Assembly: GCA_963702435.1 (NCBI GenBank)
Contig: CAVPCR010000004.1
Span: 608,001-672,000, forward strand
Direction of reading: 5' to 3'
From: Candidatus Eiseniibacteriota bacterium
Lineage (GTDB): Bacteria; Eisenbacteria; RBG-16-71-46; CAVPCR01
DNA length: 64,000 nucleotides
Position numbers and translations under genes: made by a program. Numbering within the stretch: position 1 is the stretch's first letter; each line of letters begins with the position of its first letter. Below the pieces are notes generated by a model, which was not told the origin of the DNA, searched no databases, and was given only the letters and a program-made list of their open reading frames with translations. Shown here piece by piece: positions 45,233 to 56,109 of the stretch.

Positions 45233-46249
45233 ATGACTGATCAAGCCAAGGCTCATATCGAGAAGGCCGAAAGCGATGAGCCGCAGGCCGTCCACGGCCA
45301 CGAGATCCTCGTGGTGGAGGACGAGCAGTTCTACCGCCGTCGCCTCGAAGCGGAACTGGCCGGCGTCGGCTACCGCGTGCGCACGGCCGCCAGCGGCGAG
45401 GAAGCGATCGCCGCGATCAAGGAGCGCGTGCCGGATCTCGTGCTGCTCGACATGCGCATGCCCGGCATGGACGGCACCGAGGTCTGCCGCCGGCTCAAGC
45501 GCTCGACGCGCACCGTCTCGGTGCCCGTGATCATGCTGACGGTGGTCGAGGGCATCGACGAGAAGGTCGAGGCGCTGCGCAGCGGCGCCAACGACTACCT
45601 GATCAAGAGCAACTGCACGATGGGCGAGCTCACGGCGCGGGTCAAGAACGCGCTCGATCTGCGCGACATCAATCGCGACGCGAGTCCGCTGACGCAGCTC
45701 CCGGGCAACGCCGAGATCGAGCGCCAGCTCAGACGGCGGGTGGCGGGCGCGGTGCCCTTTGTCTACCTGAGCATCGACCTCGACGATTTCAAGGCCTTCA
45801 ACGATCTGTACGGCCACCTGCAGGGCGACCATCTGATCCTGGCGACATCGGACATGCTCCGGCGCCAGGTGGAGGAGCAAGGAGACCCCACCGCCTTCAT
45901 CGGCCACGTCGGGGGTGACGACTTCATCGTGATGTGCTCCCCGGAGGTGGCGCCCGGGCTCGCCGCGGCCTGTGCGCGCGGCTTCGACGAGATCATCGGG
46001 CAGCACGTCGAGGATCGCGAACGCAAGCGCGGGTTCATCGAAGTCGTCGGCCGCACGGGGAAGGCGGAGCGGCATCGCCTCACCAGCCTGACCGTGGCGG
46101 GTGTGGGCGGGACGGGGCAGGTTTTCGACCACGTGGGCTACCTGAGCGCGCGCGCCGCGGAGCTCAAGCGGATCGCCAAGGCGCGGGCCCGCCGCGGCGA
46201 GCGCGGCGAGGGAAGCTGCGTGGTCTGGGATCGGCGCGGCACTTCGTGA
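45233..46249 (+). CDS. Response regulator with GGDEF-family domain (GGDDF)
   Basis: ILVVED, LLDMRMPGMDG, DASPLTQLPGN, DLDDFKAFNDLYGH, GHVGGDDF. Confidence 0.9.
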   Translation: MTDQAKAHIEKAESDEPQAVHGHEILVVEDEQFYRRRLEAELAGVGYRVRTAASGEEAIAAIKERVPDLVLLDMRMPGMDGTEVCRRLKRSTRTVSVPVIMLTVVEGIDEKVEALRSGANDYLIKSNCTMGELTARVKNALDLRDINRDASPLTQLPGNAEIERQLRRRVAGAVPFVYLSIDLDDFKAFNDLYGHLQGDHLILATSDMLRRQVEEQGDPTAFIGHVGGDDFIVMCSPEVAPGLAAACARGFDEIIGQHVEDRERKRGFIEVVGRTGKAERHRLTSLTVAGVGGTGQVFDHVGYLSARAAELKRIAKARARRGERGEGSCVVWDRRGTS

Positions 46250-46941
46250 TCAGCGTGAGCTGGTGGCTGGGAGTCGGCGGGCTCATCGCGGCGGGATTCG
46301 CCCTGTGGGCGGTATCGCGGCGGCTGGCGCCCGGAGGTGCGGGGCGCGACATATCGAGCGGCGCAGCGCGGGGAGCGGCGGACAGCGCGGCAACGCGCGC
46401 GGCCGCGGCGACTGGCGACGCGGCCGAGGTCGCCCGGCTCCGGCAGGGGCGGGCGGCCGACCGGCGCCGCGTGCGCCGCGCGCACAACATCGCGCGGCGC
46501 GCCGAGCGGCTCCTGGCCATGGCGCGCTGCCTCGCGGGCGCGCGGCTCGAGGAGCTCGCGGCGCGCGGCACGCGATCGGTGGTGGACAGCTTCGCGGCGG
46601 AGAGCGCCGCGCTGTGGGTCTTCGGCGACGGGCGGGCGGTGCTCGTGGACAGCGCCGCGCGGCCGGAGGCGCGACGGACGGAAGCGGGCTGGCCGGGTAT
46701 GGCCGCGTTCCCGCGCCGGCCGCCGCGCACGGAGGGAGGTGGGAGCGTGCACTACCTCATGCTCCGCAACCAGACACGCGAGCCGATGGGCTGCCTGGTG
46801 GTCGGATTCGATCCGCCGCGCGGGCAGCGGCCGCCGGGTCTCGACACCTACGTCGCCTTGCTCGGCTCCTTCGTGGCCGCCGAGCTCGGATCGCGGGCCA
46901 GGGTGCCCGCGCCGAGCGGCGCGGATGACCGGGCGGCGTGA
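46246..46941 (+). CDS. Hypothetical membrane-anchored protein, possible degenerate GAF-like domain
   Basis: GTG start overlaps the upstream stop; N-terminal TM; AESAALWVF...PMGCLVVG pattern. Confidence 0.55.
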   Translation: MISVSWWLGVGGLIAAGFALWAVSRRLAPGGAGRDISSGAARGAADSAATRAAAATGDAAEVARLRQGRAADRRRVRRAHNIARRAERLLAMARCLAGARLEELAARGTRSVVDSFAAESAALWVFGDGRAVLVDSAARPEARRTEAGWPGMAAFPRRPPRTEGGGSVHYLMLRNQTREPMGCLVVGFDPPRGQRPPGLDTYVALLGSFVAAELGSRARVPAPSGADDRAA

Positions 46942-47071
46942 GAAGCGCGGACAGTAAGGAAGGGAATCGGGGCCGCGGGGTCGCCCGCGGACTCGGAGCA
47001 AAGGGTCGATCGGACTCGGGGATACGTTTCACGGTCGATTCATCGAGATCCATCAAGAGAGGGAGGACGCC

Positions 47072-47479
47072 ATGGCCAAGGGCAAGATCCTCGTCGTCGA
47101 CGACGAGGTTTACATCGTCCACATCCTGGACTTCAGTCTCAGGATGGAGGGCTATGAGGTGGTGACGGCGCTCGACGGCGAGCAGGCGCTCGAGAAGGTC
47201 AAGAGCGACCGCCCGGACCTCATCGTGCTCGACATCATGATGCCCAAGCTGGACGGCTACGACACCTGCAAGCGGCTGAAGGCCAGTCCGGACACGCGCG
47301 ACATCCCGGTCATCCTGCTCTCCGCCAAGGGCCGGAACGTGGACCAGCGCATGGGCTTCGAGGCCGGGGCCGACGACTACATCACGAAGCCGTTCAGCCC
47401 GCGGAAGCTCGTCGAGAAGATCAACTCGATCCTCGCCCAGCCGGTCCGCAACAACCGGGCGGAGGGCGCGGCGGCCTAG
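47072..47479 (+). CDS. Single-domain response regulator (REC)
   Basis: ILVVDDE, LDIMMPKLDG, LSAK, YITKPF; GGAGGA RBS. Confidence 0.93.
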   Translation: MAKGKILVVDDEVYIVHILDFSLRMEGYEVVTALDGEQALEKVKSDRPDLIVLDIMMPKLDGYDTCKRLKASPDTRDIPVILLSAKGRNVDQRMGFEAGADDYITKPFSPRKLVEKINSILAQPVRNNRAEGAAA

Positions 47480-47626
47480 CGCCATCGCGGCTCCTCCCTG
47501 TCGATGCGACGCCGCCCGGCGGCGGCGCTGCGATCCCCGAGTGCGGCACGCGTTCGTCTCGGCGACGGGACGAACGCGTCCGCTTGCCTGCTCGCGTCCC
47601 CGCGGAGCGTGTGCTACGAATGAATC

Positions 47627-50053
47627 ATGCACCGCACCCGCCGCGCCGCTCGCCCGCGTCCGCCCACGGAGGGGCCGCCGCCCGCTCCTCGATCCGGCAC
47701 GCTCCTCGTCGAGGTCGCGGTGCCGGTGGGCATCGACCGCACCTTTGTCTACTCCGTTCCACCCGAGCTCGCCGATCGCACGGGCCCCGGCGCGCGGGTC
47801 GAGGTCCCCTTCCGCCGCCGCATACTCTCCGGCGTCGTCGTGCGCACGGGCGCGCAGCCGCCGGCAGGATCGCGCGTCCTCCCGATCCGCTCCGCGCTCG
47901 ATCCCGAGCCCGCGTTGCCGCCCGCCTTGCTCGAGCTCACGCGTTGGATCGCCGACTACTACGTCGCGCCCTGGGGCGAGGTGCTGCGCGCCGCGCTGCC
48001 GCAGGTGGTCGAGCCGCTGCGCCGGCGGAAGCGAGGCGGGGAGGAACCACCGGCACCCGCGGAGCCGTCCGGCACGGGTTCGCCGACCCCGCCGCCTGCG
48101 GTTCGCGCGCCGGCGGCGGCTCCTCCCGTGCTCACGCCGGAGCAGGCGGCCGCCGTCGAACACATCGAGCGCCGGCTCGCGGAGCGCGCCTTTCGCGTCG
48201 TCCTCTTGCGCGGCGTGACCGCGAGCGGCAAGACCGAGGTCTATCTGCGCGCCGCCGAGACCGCGCTCCGCGCCGGCGGTCAGGTGCTCGTCCTCGTGCC
48301 CGAGATCGGGCTCTCCGTGCAGCTCGTTGATCGCTTCGTCGAACGGCTCGGCCCGCTGGTCGCGGTGCTGCACTCGGCGCTCACCGCCGCAGAGCGGCGC
48401 CGGCAATGGGAGGGCGTGCGCGCGGGGGAGATGCCGGTCGTGGTCGGCGCCCGTTCGGCCCTCTTCGCACCGCTCGTCCGGCCCGCGCTCATCATCGTGG
48501 ACGAGGAGCACGAGGGGGCGTACAAGCAGGACGAAGTGCCGCGCTATCACGCGCGCGATGCGGCGGTCGTGCGCGGGCAGATGAGCGAGGCGCTGGTCGT
48601 GCTCGGCTCGGCGACGCCGAGCCTCGAGAGCTCGTACAACGCGGCGCGCGGCCGCTACGATCTGATCAGGCTCGAGGCGCGGGTCGACGCGCGGCCGCTG
48701 CCGCAGGTGACGATCGCCGATCTCCGTGCGTTCAAGGAGGAGGAGCGCGAGAAGAGGCGCGCCGATCGGGAGGCAGCCTGGACGCGGCGGCGGCGCGGCG
48801 AGGAGGAGGCGCCGGTCCCCCGGGAAGAGGCTTTCGGTGGCGCGCCCGACTCCGGTGCAGCGCCCGGCTCCGGTGCGGCGCCGGACTCCGGTGCAGCGCC
48901 GAACTCCGGTGCAGCGCCCGACTCCGGTGCAGCGCCCGCATCCCATGCAGCGCCCGGCTCCGGCGCGGCGTCCGACTCCGGTGCGGCGCCCGCATCCCAT
49001 GCAGCGCCCGGCTCCGGCGCCGGCCTCGCCCCTGCCGAGCCGGCGCCGCCGGCCCATGTGCGGAACCTCTCGCCGCTCCTCACGGCCGCGCTCGGGCGCG
49101 TGATCGAGCGTCGCGAGCAGGCGATCCTCCTCGTGTATCGCCGCGGTCACTCGAGCTTCGTGCAGTGCACCGACTGCGGCGCGGTGGCCCGCTGTCCGTC
49201 CTGCTCCGTGGCGCTCACCTATCACGCGGTCGGGCTCGTCCTCCGCTGCCATCACTGCAACCTGCGCACCCCGGCGCCCGATCGCTGTCCGAGCTGCGAC
49301 GGCGCGCGCTTCTGGTACGGCGGCGTCGGCACGCAGCGCGTCGAGGCGGAGATCCGCCGCGAGTTCCCCGGCGCGCGCCTCCTGCGCATGGATTTCGACT
49401 CGACGCGCCGCCGGGGCGCGCACCGGGCCATGATCGAGGCCTTCGCGTCGCGCGAGGCCGACATCCTGCTCGGCACGCAGATGGTGGCGAAGGGTCTCGA
49501 TTTCCCCGAGGTGAGCCTGGTCGGCGTGGTGAGCGCCGATACGCTCATCAACCTGCCCGACTTCCGTTCCGGCGAGCGCTCCTTCCAGCTCCTCACGCAG
49601 GTGGCCGGCCGCGCGGGGCGCGGGCCGATCGGCGGCGAAGTCATCATCCAGACCTTCGTGCCGGACCATCCGTCGGTGGTGGCGGCGGCCACGCATGACT
49701 ACGAGTCGTTCTATGCGGCGGCCATCGCCGAGCGCGCCGAGCTCGCCTATCCGCCCTGCGGCGCGATGGCCCGCTTCCACGTGGACGGCCCCGAGGAGGA
49801 GCCGGTCGTCAAGGTGGCCGACGGCGTGTGCGCGGCGATCGGTGCGCCGGGATCGGACCTGACTCTCCTCGGGCCCGCGCCGCTCCCGCTCCGCCGTCTC
49901 CGCGGCCGGGAGCGCTGGCACGTCACGCTCCTCGGCCGCGAGCGCCGCCGCGTGCACGCGGCCGCGCGCCGCGCCTTCGAGCGGATGGCCGCCGCCGGGC
50001 TTCCGGCCCGCGTCCGCCTGCAGCTCGACATCGATCCGGTTCATCTGCTCTGA
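47627..50053 (+). CDS. priA: Primosomal protein N' (PriA) with a low-complexity insertion
   Basis: GVTASGKTEVY, VDEEHE..YKQ, SATPS, four CxxC pairs, GTQMVAKGLDFP, QVAGRAGR, DIDP; exact start uncertain. Confidence 0.94.
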   Translation: MHRTRRAARPRPPTEGPPPAPRSGTLLVEVAVPVGIDRTFVYSVPPELADRTGPGARVEVPFRRRILSGVVVRTGAQPPAGSRVLPIRSALDPEPALPPALLELTRWIADYYVAPWGEVLRAALPQVVEPLRRRKRGGEEPPAPAEPSGTGSPTPPPAVRAPAAAPPVLTPEQAAAVEHIERRLAERAFRVVLLRGVTASGKTEVYLRAAETALRAGGQVLVLVPEIGLSVQLVDRFVERLGPLVAVLHSALTAAERRRQWEGVRAGEMPVVVGARSALFAPLVRPALIIVDEEHEGAYKQDEVPRYHARDAAVVRGQMSEALVVLGSATPSLESSYNAARGRYDLIRLEARVDARPLPQVTIADLRAFKEEEREKRRADREAAWTRRRRGEEEAPVPREEAFGGAPDSGAAPGSGAAPDSGAAPNSGAAPDSGAAPASHAAPGSGAASDSGAAPASHAAPGSGAGLAPAEPAPPAHVRNLSPLLTAALGRVIERREQAILLVYRRGHSSFVQCTDCGAVARCPSCSVALTYHAVGLVLRCHHCNLRTPAPDRCPSCDGARFWYGGVGTQRVEAEIRREFPGARLLRMDFDSTRRRGAHRAMIEAFASREADILLGTQMVAKGLDFPEVSLVGVVSADTLINLPDFRSGERSFQLLTQVAGRAGRGPIGGEVIIQTFVPDHPSVVAAATHDYESFYAAAIAERAELAYPPCGAMARFHVDGPEEEPVVKVADGVCAAIGAPGSDLTLLGPAPLPLRRLRGRERWHVTLLGRERRRVHAAARRAFERMAAAGLPARVRLQLDIDPVHLL
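48836..49015 (+). repeat. 18-bp coding tandem repeat x10 (GAAPDS-like) inside priA
   Basis: ggtgcagcgcccgactcc-type units. Confidence 0.92.
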
Positions 50054-50422
50054 ATCGGCAGCAGTCTCGGATCCGGCCGTGCAGGATCCGAGGCCGGCCC
50101 TCCCGTCCTGCAATGCGTGTCACCGGACGCTGCCGGTCCCGGGGGAGCGGACGCGGCTGCACAACGAGTTGGAAGCCCTCGCGTGCGGGCACGAAGCGTG
50201 CGAGGGCAGTCGATTGCCCGGGCTCACCTGCCGCGCTGCCCCCGGCACGCCGGCCTCCCGGGCCACATGCGAACAAGCGAGTCGGCGCCGGAACCGGACC
50301 GCTACCGGGACTCTGCGCCTGCTCGCGGGGCGAGGCGGCCGGAATCCCTCCCATCCCCCGGGGGTTCCGGCCCGCCGCTTTCCGTGCCGGCCCGCTCACC
50401 GGGCGCGTCCGCCGCCGTGCGG

Positions 50423-50451
50423 TTGACGGTCCGCGACCGACCGCCTAGGCT
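50423..50451 (+). promoter_or_regulatory. Sigma70-type promoter for the ORF-ilvC pair
   Basis: TTGACG-17 bp-TAGGCT. Confidence 0.6.
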
Positions 50452-50591
50452 CTCTCCGTCCTGCCCCCGCGGCGCGGTTTCCCGTCCGGACCCGCGACCG
50501 CTCCCCCGGAACGCGATCACCCTAATCCGGCGGCGGCCGGCGTCCTCCCTGACCACGGGCGGCGGCCTGCGCCAGAGCTGTTCTGACCACC

Positions 50592-50852
50592 ATGACCACT
50601 GTTCATACCGACCTCACCGACCGCGAGATCATCCAGGTCAAGATCTTCGAGACGGCGCTCGACTCGCTCAAGACGCTCGAGAGCGAGATCAACGCCTGGC
50701 TGCGCGAGAACCGCGAGGCGCGGCTCGAGCGCGTTCAGGTCAACACGATCGAGACCAAGCGCGCCGTCGTCATGCTCTGGTACTCGATGACGATCCGCTC
50801 GACGCGCGGCGTCGGGTTCGGGAGCGAGGCGGCAGCCAGCAGTCGCGCCTAG
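50592..50852 (+). CDS. Small hypothetical protein (pattern reminiscent of Cse60-like proteins)
   Basis: QVKIFE...LESEINAWL...VVMLWY; coding-like codon use; ends 8 bp before ilvC. Confidence 0.7.
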   Translation: MTTVHTDLTDREIIQVKIFETALDSLKTLESEINAWLRENREARLERVQVNTIETKRAVVMLWYSMTIRSTRGVGFGSEAAASSRA

Positions 50853-50860
50853 CCGTTCCG

Positions 50861-51892
50861 ATGAGCCGCCCCATCCTCCGGGACCGGGACATCGACCCGG
50901 CCGCGCTCGCGGGGCTCAAGATCGGGATCTTGGGCTACGGCAACCAGGGGCGCGCGCAGGCGCTGAATCTCCGCGACACGGGCTGCGCGGTGCGGGTGGG
51001 GCTGCGGGCCGGCAGCGCATCGCATGCCCGCGCGGCGGCGGACGGTATCGAGAGCGCGACGCCGGCCCAGGCGACACGCTGGGCCGATCTCCTCATGGTG
51101 CTCGTGCCCGATGAGGAGCAGCCCGCTCTCCTCGGCGCGCTCGCCGGAGAGCTCGGCGAGCGCACGGGACGCCGGCGTGCGGTCGGCTTCGCCCACGGGT
51201 TCAACGTCACCTACGATCGGGTCACGCTGCCGCCCAGCGCCGGCGTCTTCCTGGTCGCGCCCTGCGCCCCCGGCGAACGGCTGCGCGAGGCATACGGGCG
51301 CGGCGGCGGGGTCTTCGCCTATGTCGCGGTCGCGCACGATCCCGACGGGCGGACACGCGAGATCGCGCTCGCCTACGCGCGCGCTCTCGGCTGCGCGCGA
51401 GCGGGCGTGCTCGAGACCACCTTTCGCGAGGAGACCGAGGTCGACCTGTTCGGGGAGCAGGCGGTTCTCTGCGGCGGGCTGCACGCGCTCCTGACCGCGG
51501 CGTTCGACACGCTCGTCGCCGCCGGCTACCCGCCCGAGATGGCGTACCTCGAATGTCACGATCAGATCGCATGGCTCGCATCGACCGTGCGCACGGCCGG
51601 TATCGCCGGCACGCGGCGGCGCATCAGCTCGACCGCCCTGTTCGGAGATCTGTCGCGCGGTCCGCGCGTGATCGGCGCCCCGGCCCGCGCGGAGATGGAG
51701 TCCCTGCTCGCCGAGATCCGGAGCGGCGCCTTCGCGCGCGATTTCCTCGCCGAGATGGCGGCGGGACGGCCGCGCACCGGCACCGAGCTCGCGCGTCTCG
51801 ATGCGCATCCGATGGAGGAGGTGGGGCGGCGGTTGCGTGCCGCGCGCGAGGCCGGCAGCGGTCGGCCGGCCCCCGAAGGGCCGGTCGCCTGA
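50861..51892 (+). CDS. ilvC: Ketol-acid reductoisomerase
   Basis: GYGNQGRAQALNLRD, LVPDE, FAHGFN, ETEVDLFGEQAVLCGG, AYLECH, ISSTA. Confidence 0.94.
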   Translation: MSRPILRDRDIDPAALAGLKIGILGYGNQGRAQALNLRDTGCAVRVGLRAGSASHARAAADGIESATPAQATRWADLLMVLVPDEEQPALLGALAGELGERTGRRRAVGFAHGFNVTYDRVTLPPSAGVFLVAPCAPGERLREAYGRGGGVFAYVAVAHDPDGRTREIALAYARALGCARAGVLETTFREETEVDLFGEQAVLCGGLHALLTAAFDTLVAAGYPPEMAYLECHDQIAWLASTVRTAGIAGTRRRISSTALFGDLSRGPRVIGAPARAEMESLLAEIRSGAFARDFLAEMAAGRPRTGTELARLDAHPMEEVGRRLRAAREAGSGRPAPEGPVA

Positions 51893-52063
51893 CGTCGGCG
51901 CCCGGGCGGGACGCGCGGCCACGCCACGCGGCGGCCCGGGGGGACCGGCCCGGCGTCCGCCGCCGCAGAGCGGGCCGGGAACCGCGCCCCGGTCCCGATC
52001 GGGGGCGGGCCGGCGCGGTCGCCGGCGCCTCACGGCCGCCCAAGTAGCTGGAAACAGGGGGGC

Positions 52064-52093
52064 TTGACAGGGTTGGAGCGGCACGACTAGACT
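52064..52093 (+). promoter_or_regulatory. Sigma70-type promoter of the rho operon
   Basis: TTGACA-18 bp-TAGACT. Confidence 0.65.
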
Positions 52094-52331
52094 GCTCCAT
52101 CAGAAGACGGGTCTCGGCGAATGCGGCTGGCCCCACGCGGCAACCAGGCAGACACCCCGGCCAGCCACCTTGCCGGCAAAGGACTCGGACCCCTGCCCCG
52201 GCTTCGTACGTCCTCCCAAACCCGTGCCGACGGTCGCCGTCTTCCAACTCGATTCCTGATCCGATCGCACCCGCACCTCTACCACCACGCTCCCACCCCG
52301 GTCATGCGCTGCTGACTGGGAGATAGAACTC

Positions 52332-53667
<1,336 letters not shown>

Positions 53668-53732
53668 GACGCCGGCCCGGCGGCGCCGGCGTCCGCCGGC
53701 ATCGCGCATCCAGACAGCGGGAGTAACACGAA

Positions 53733-53966
53733 ATGAAGCAGGGAATTCACCCCGACTACCATCCGGTCAAGATCGCCTGCGTCTGCGGCAGCATGATCGA
53801 GACCCGCTCGACGAGCAAGGACATCCGCGTCGAGATCTGCTCGAGCTGCCACCCGTTCTTCACCGGCCGGCAGAAGCTCGTCGACACCGCCGGACGCGTC
53901 GACCGCTACCGCCGCCGCTATGCGACCGCGAGCGAGCCGGCCGACGCCGCCAAGGCGTCGAGCTAG
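53733..53966 (+). CDS. rpmE: 50S ribosomal protein L31 (Zn-binding type)
   Basis: [29 protein letters not shown]. Confidence 0.97.
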   Translation: MKQGIHPDYHPVKIACVCGSMIETRSTSKDIRVEICSSCHPFFTGRQKLVDTAGRVDRYRRRYATASEPADAAKASS

Positions 53967-54001
53967 GCGGATCCGGTCGCGGAGACAGACGGAACCAGGA
54001 C

Positions 54002-54934
54002 ATGCCCGAGACCAGTCGCTACGCGCCGATCGGCGGTCAGGCGGTGATCGAAGGCGTCATGATGCGTTCGCCCTCGTTCGTCGCGACCGCGGTCCGGCGT
54101 CCCGACGGCACGATCGTCGTCCACCGGACGCCGTTCCTGTCGCTCACCAAGCGGCTCAAGTTCCTCGGACTCCCCATCCTGCGCGGCGCGGTCGGCCTCA
54201 TCGAGTCGCTCCAGCTCGGGTTCGGCGCGCTCTCCTTCTCGGCAGAGCAGCAGGCGCTCGCCTCCGGCGACGCGGATCAGGGGGCGGTGGCGGTGCCGAA
54301 GCGCGGCCTCTCGCGGCTCGAGCGCCTGGCCATGCCGGCCACCATCGTCGTCTCGCTCGGGCTCGGGCTCCTCATCTTCTTCTACATTCCGCTCCTCCTC
54401 ACCGACCTGACCGGGGCGCGGAGCGGGTTCGCGTTCAACCTGATCGACGGGGCCATCCGCCTCGTCTTCTTCCTGCTCTATCTCATCCTCATCAGCCGGT
54501 GGAGCGAGATGCAGCGGGTGTTCCAGTACCACGGGGCCGAGCACAAGTCGATTGCCGCGCTCGAGGCCGGCGACGAGATGACACCCGAGCGGGTGGCGCG
54601 GTACTCCCGCTTTCATCCGCGTTGCGGCACCTCGTACCTGCTTGTCGTCATGCTGGCCTCGATCGCAGTCTTCATGTTCCTCGGCCGGCCGGAGACGGTG
54701 GCCGACCGCGTCCAGCGCTTCCTCTTCATTCCGCTGATCGGGGGCATTGCCTTCGAGCTGACGCGGCTCTCCGGCAAGTGGGCCGCGATCCCGATCGTCC
54801 AGGCCTTCATCCTGCCCGGACTGCTCCTGCAGCGGATCACCACCCGGGAGCCGACCCTCGATCAGATCGAGGTCGCCGTCCGCTCGGTGCGCGAGGTGAC
54901 GCGCGAGGCGGGCGGGCGCATGATCCCGCTCTGA
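54002..54934 (+). CDS. DUF1385 family membrane protein
   Basis: IGGQAVIEGVMMR, FQYHGAEHK, HPRCGTS, LQRITTREP; typical position between rpmE and prfA. Confidence 0.93.
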   Translation: MPETSRYAPIGGQAVIEGVMMRSPSFVATAVRRPDGTIVVHRTPFLSLTKRLKFLGLPILRGAVGLIESLQLGFGALSFSAEQQALASGDADQGAVAVPKRGLSRLERLAMPATIVVSLGLGLLIFFYIPLLLTDLTGARSGFAFNLIDGAIRLVFFLLYLILISRWSEMQRVFQYHGAEHKSIAALEAGDEMTPERVARYSRFHPRCGTSYLLVVMLASIAVFMFLGRPETVADRVQRFLFIPLIGGIAFELTRLSGKWAAIPIVQAFILPGLLLQRITTREPTLDQIEVAVRSVREVTREAGGRMIPL

Positions 54935-54985
54935 CGGCCGCGCCCGTAGCCGACAGATCACCGATTCCCGGCGCGAGATCGCAAG

Positions 54986-56098
<1,113 letters not shown>

Positions 56099-56109
56099 GG
56101 GTGCTGCTA

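Noticed and set aside
48836..49015. Possible CRISPR array here or at other repeats (2105, 3111, 7949, 41806)
   Set aside because: Units are directly adjacent with no unique spacers, most are in-frame coding repeats, and no cas genes are present.
35370..50113. Very long antisense or alternate-frame ORFs (e.g. 35370..39308, 39604..42852, 41847..44207 in full, 46757..50113)
   Set aside because: Arg/Gly/Ala/Pro-rich shadows of well-supported genes, expected at this GC content; no motifs.
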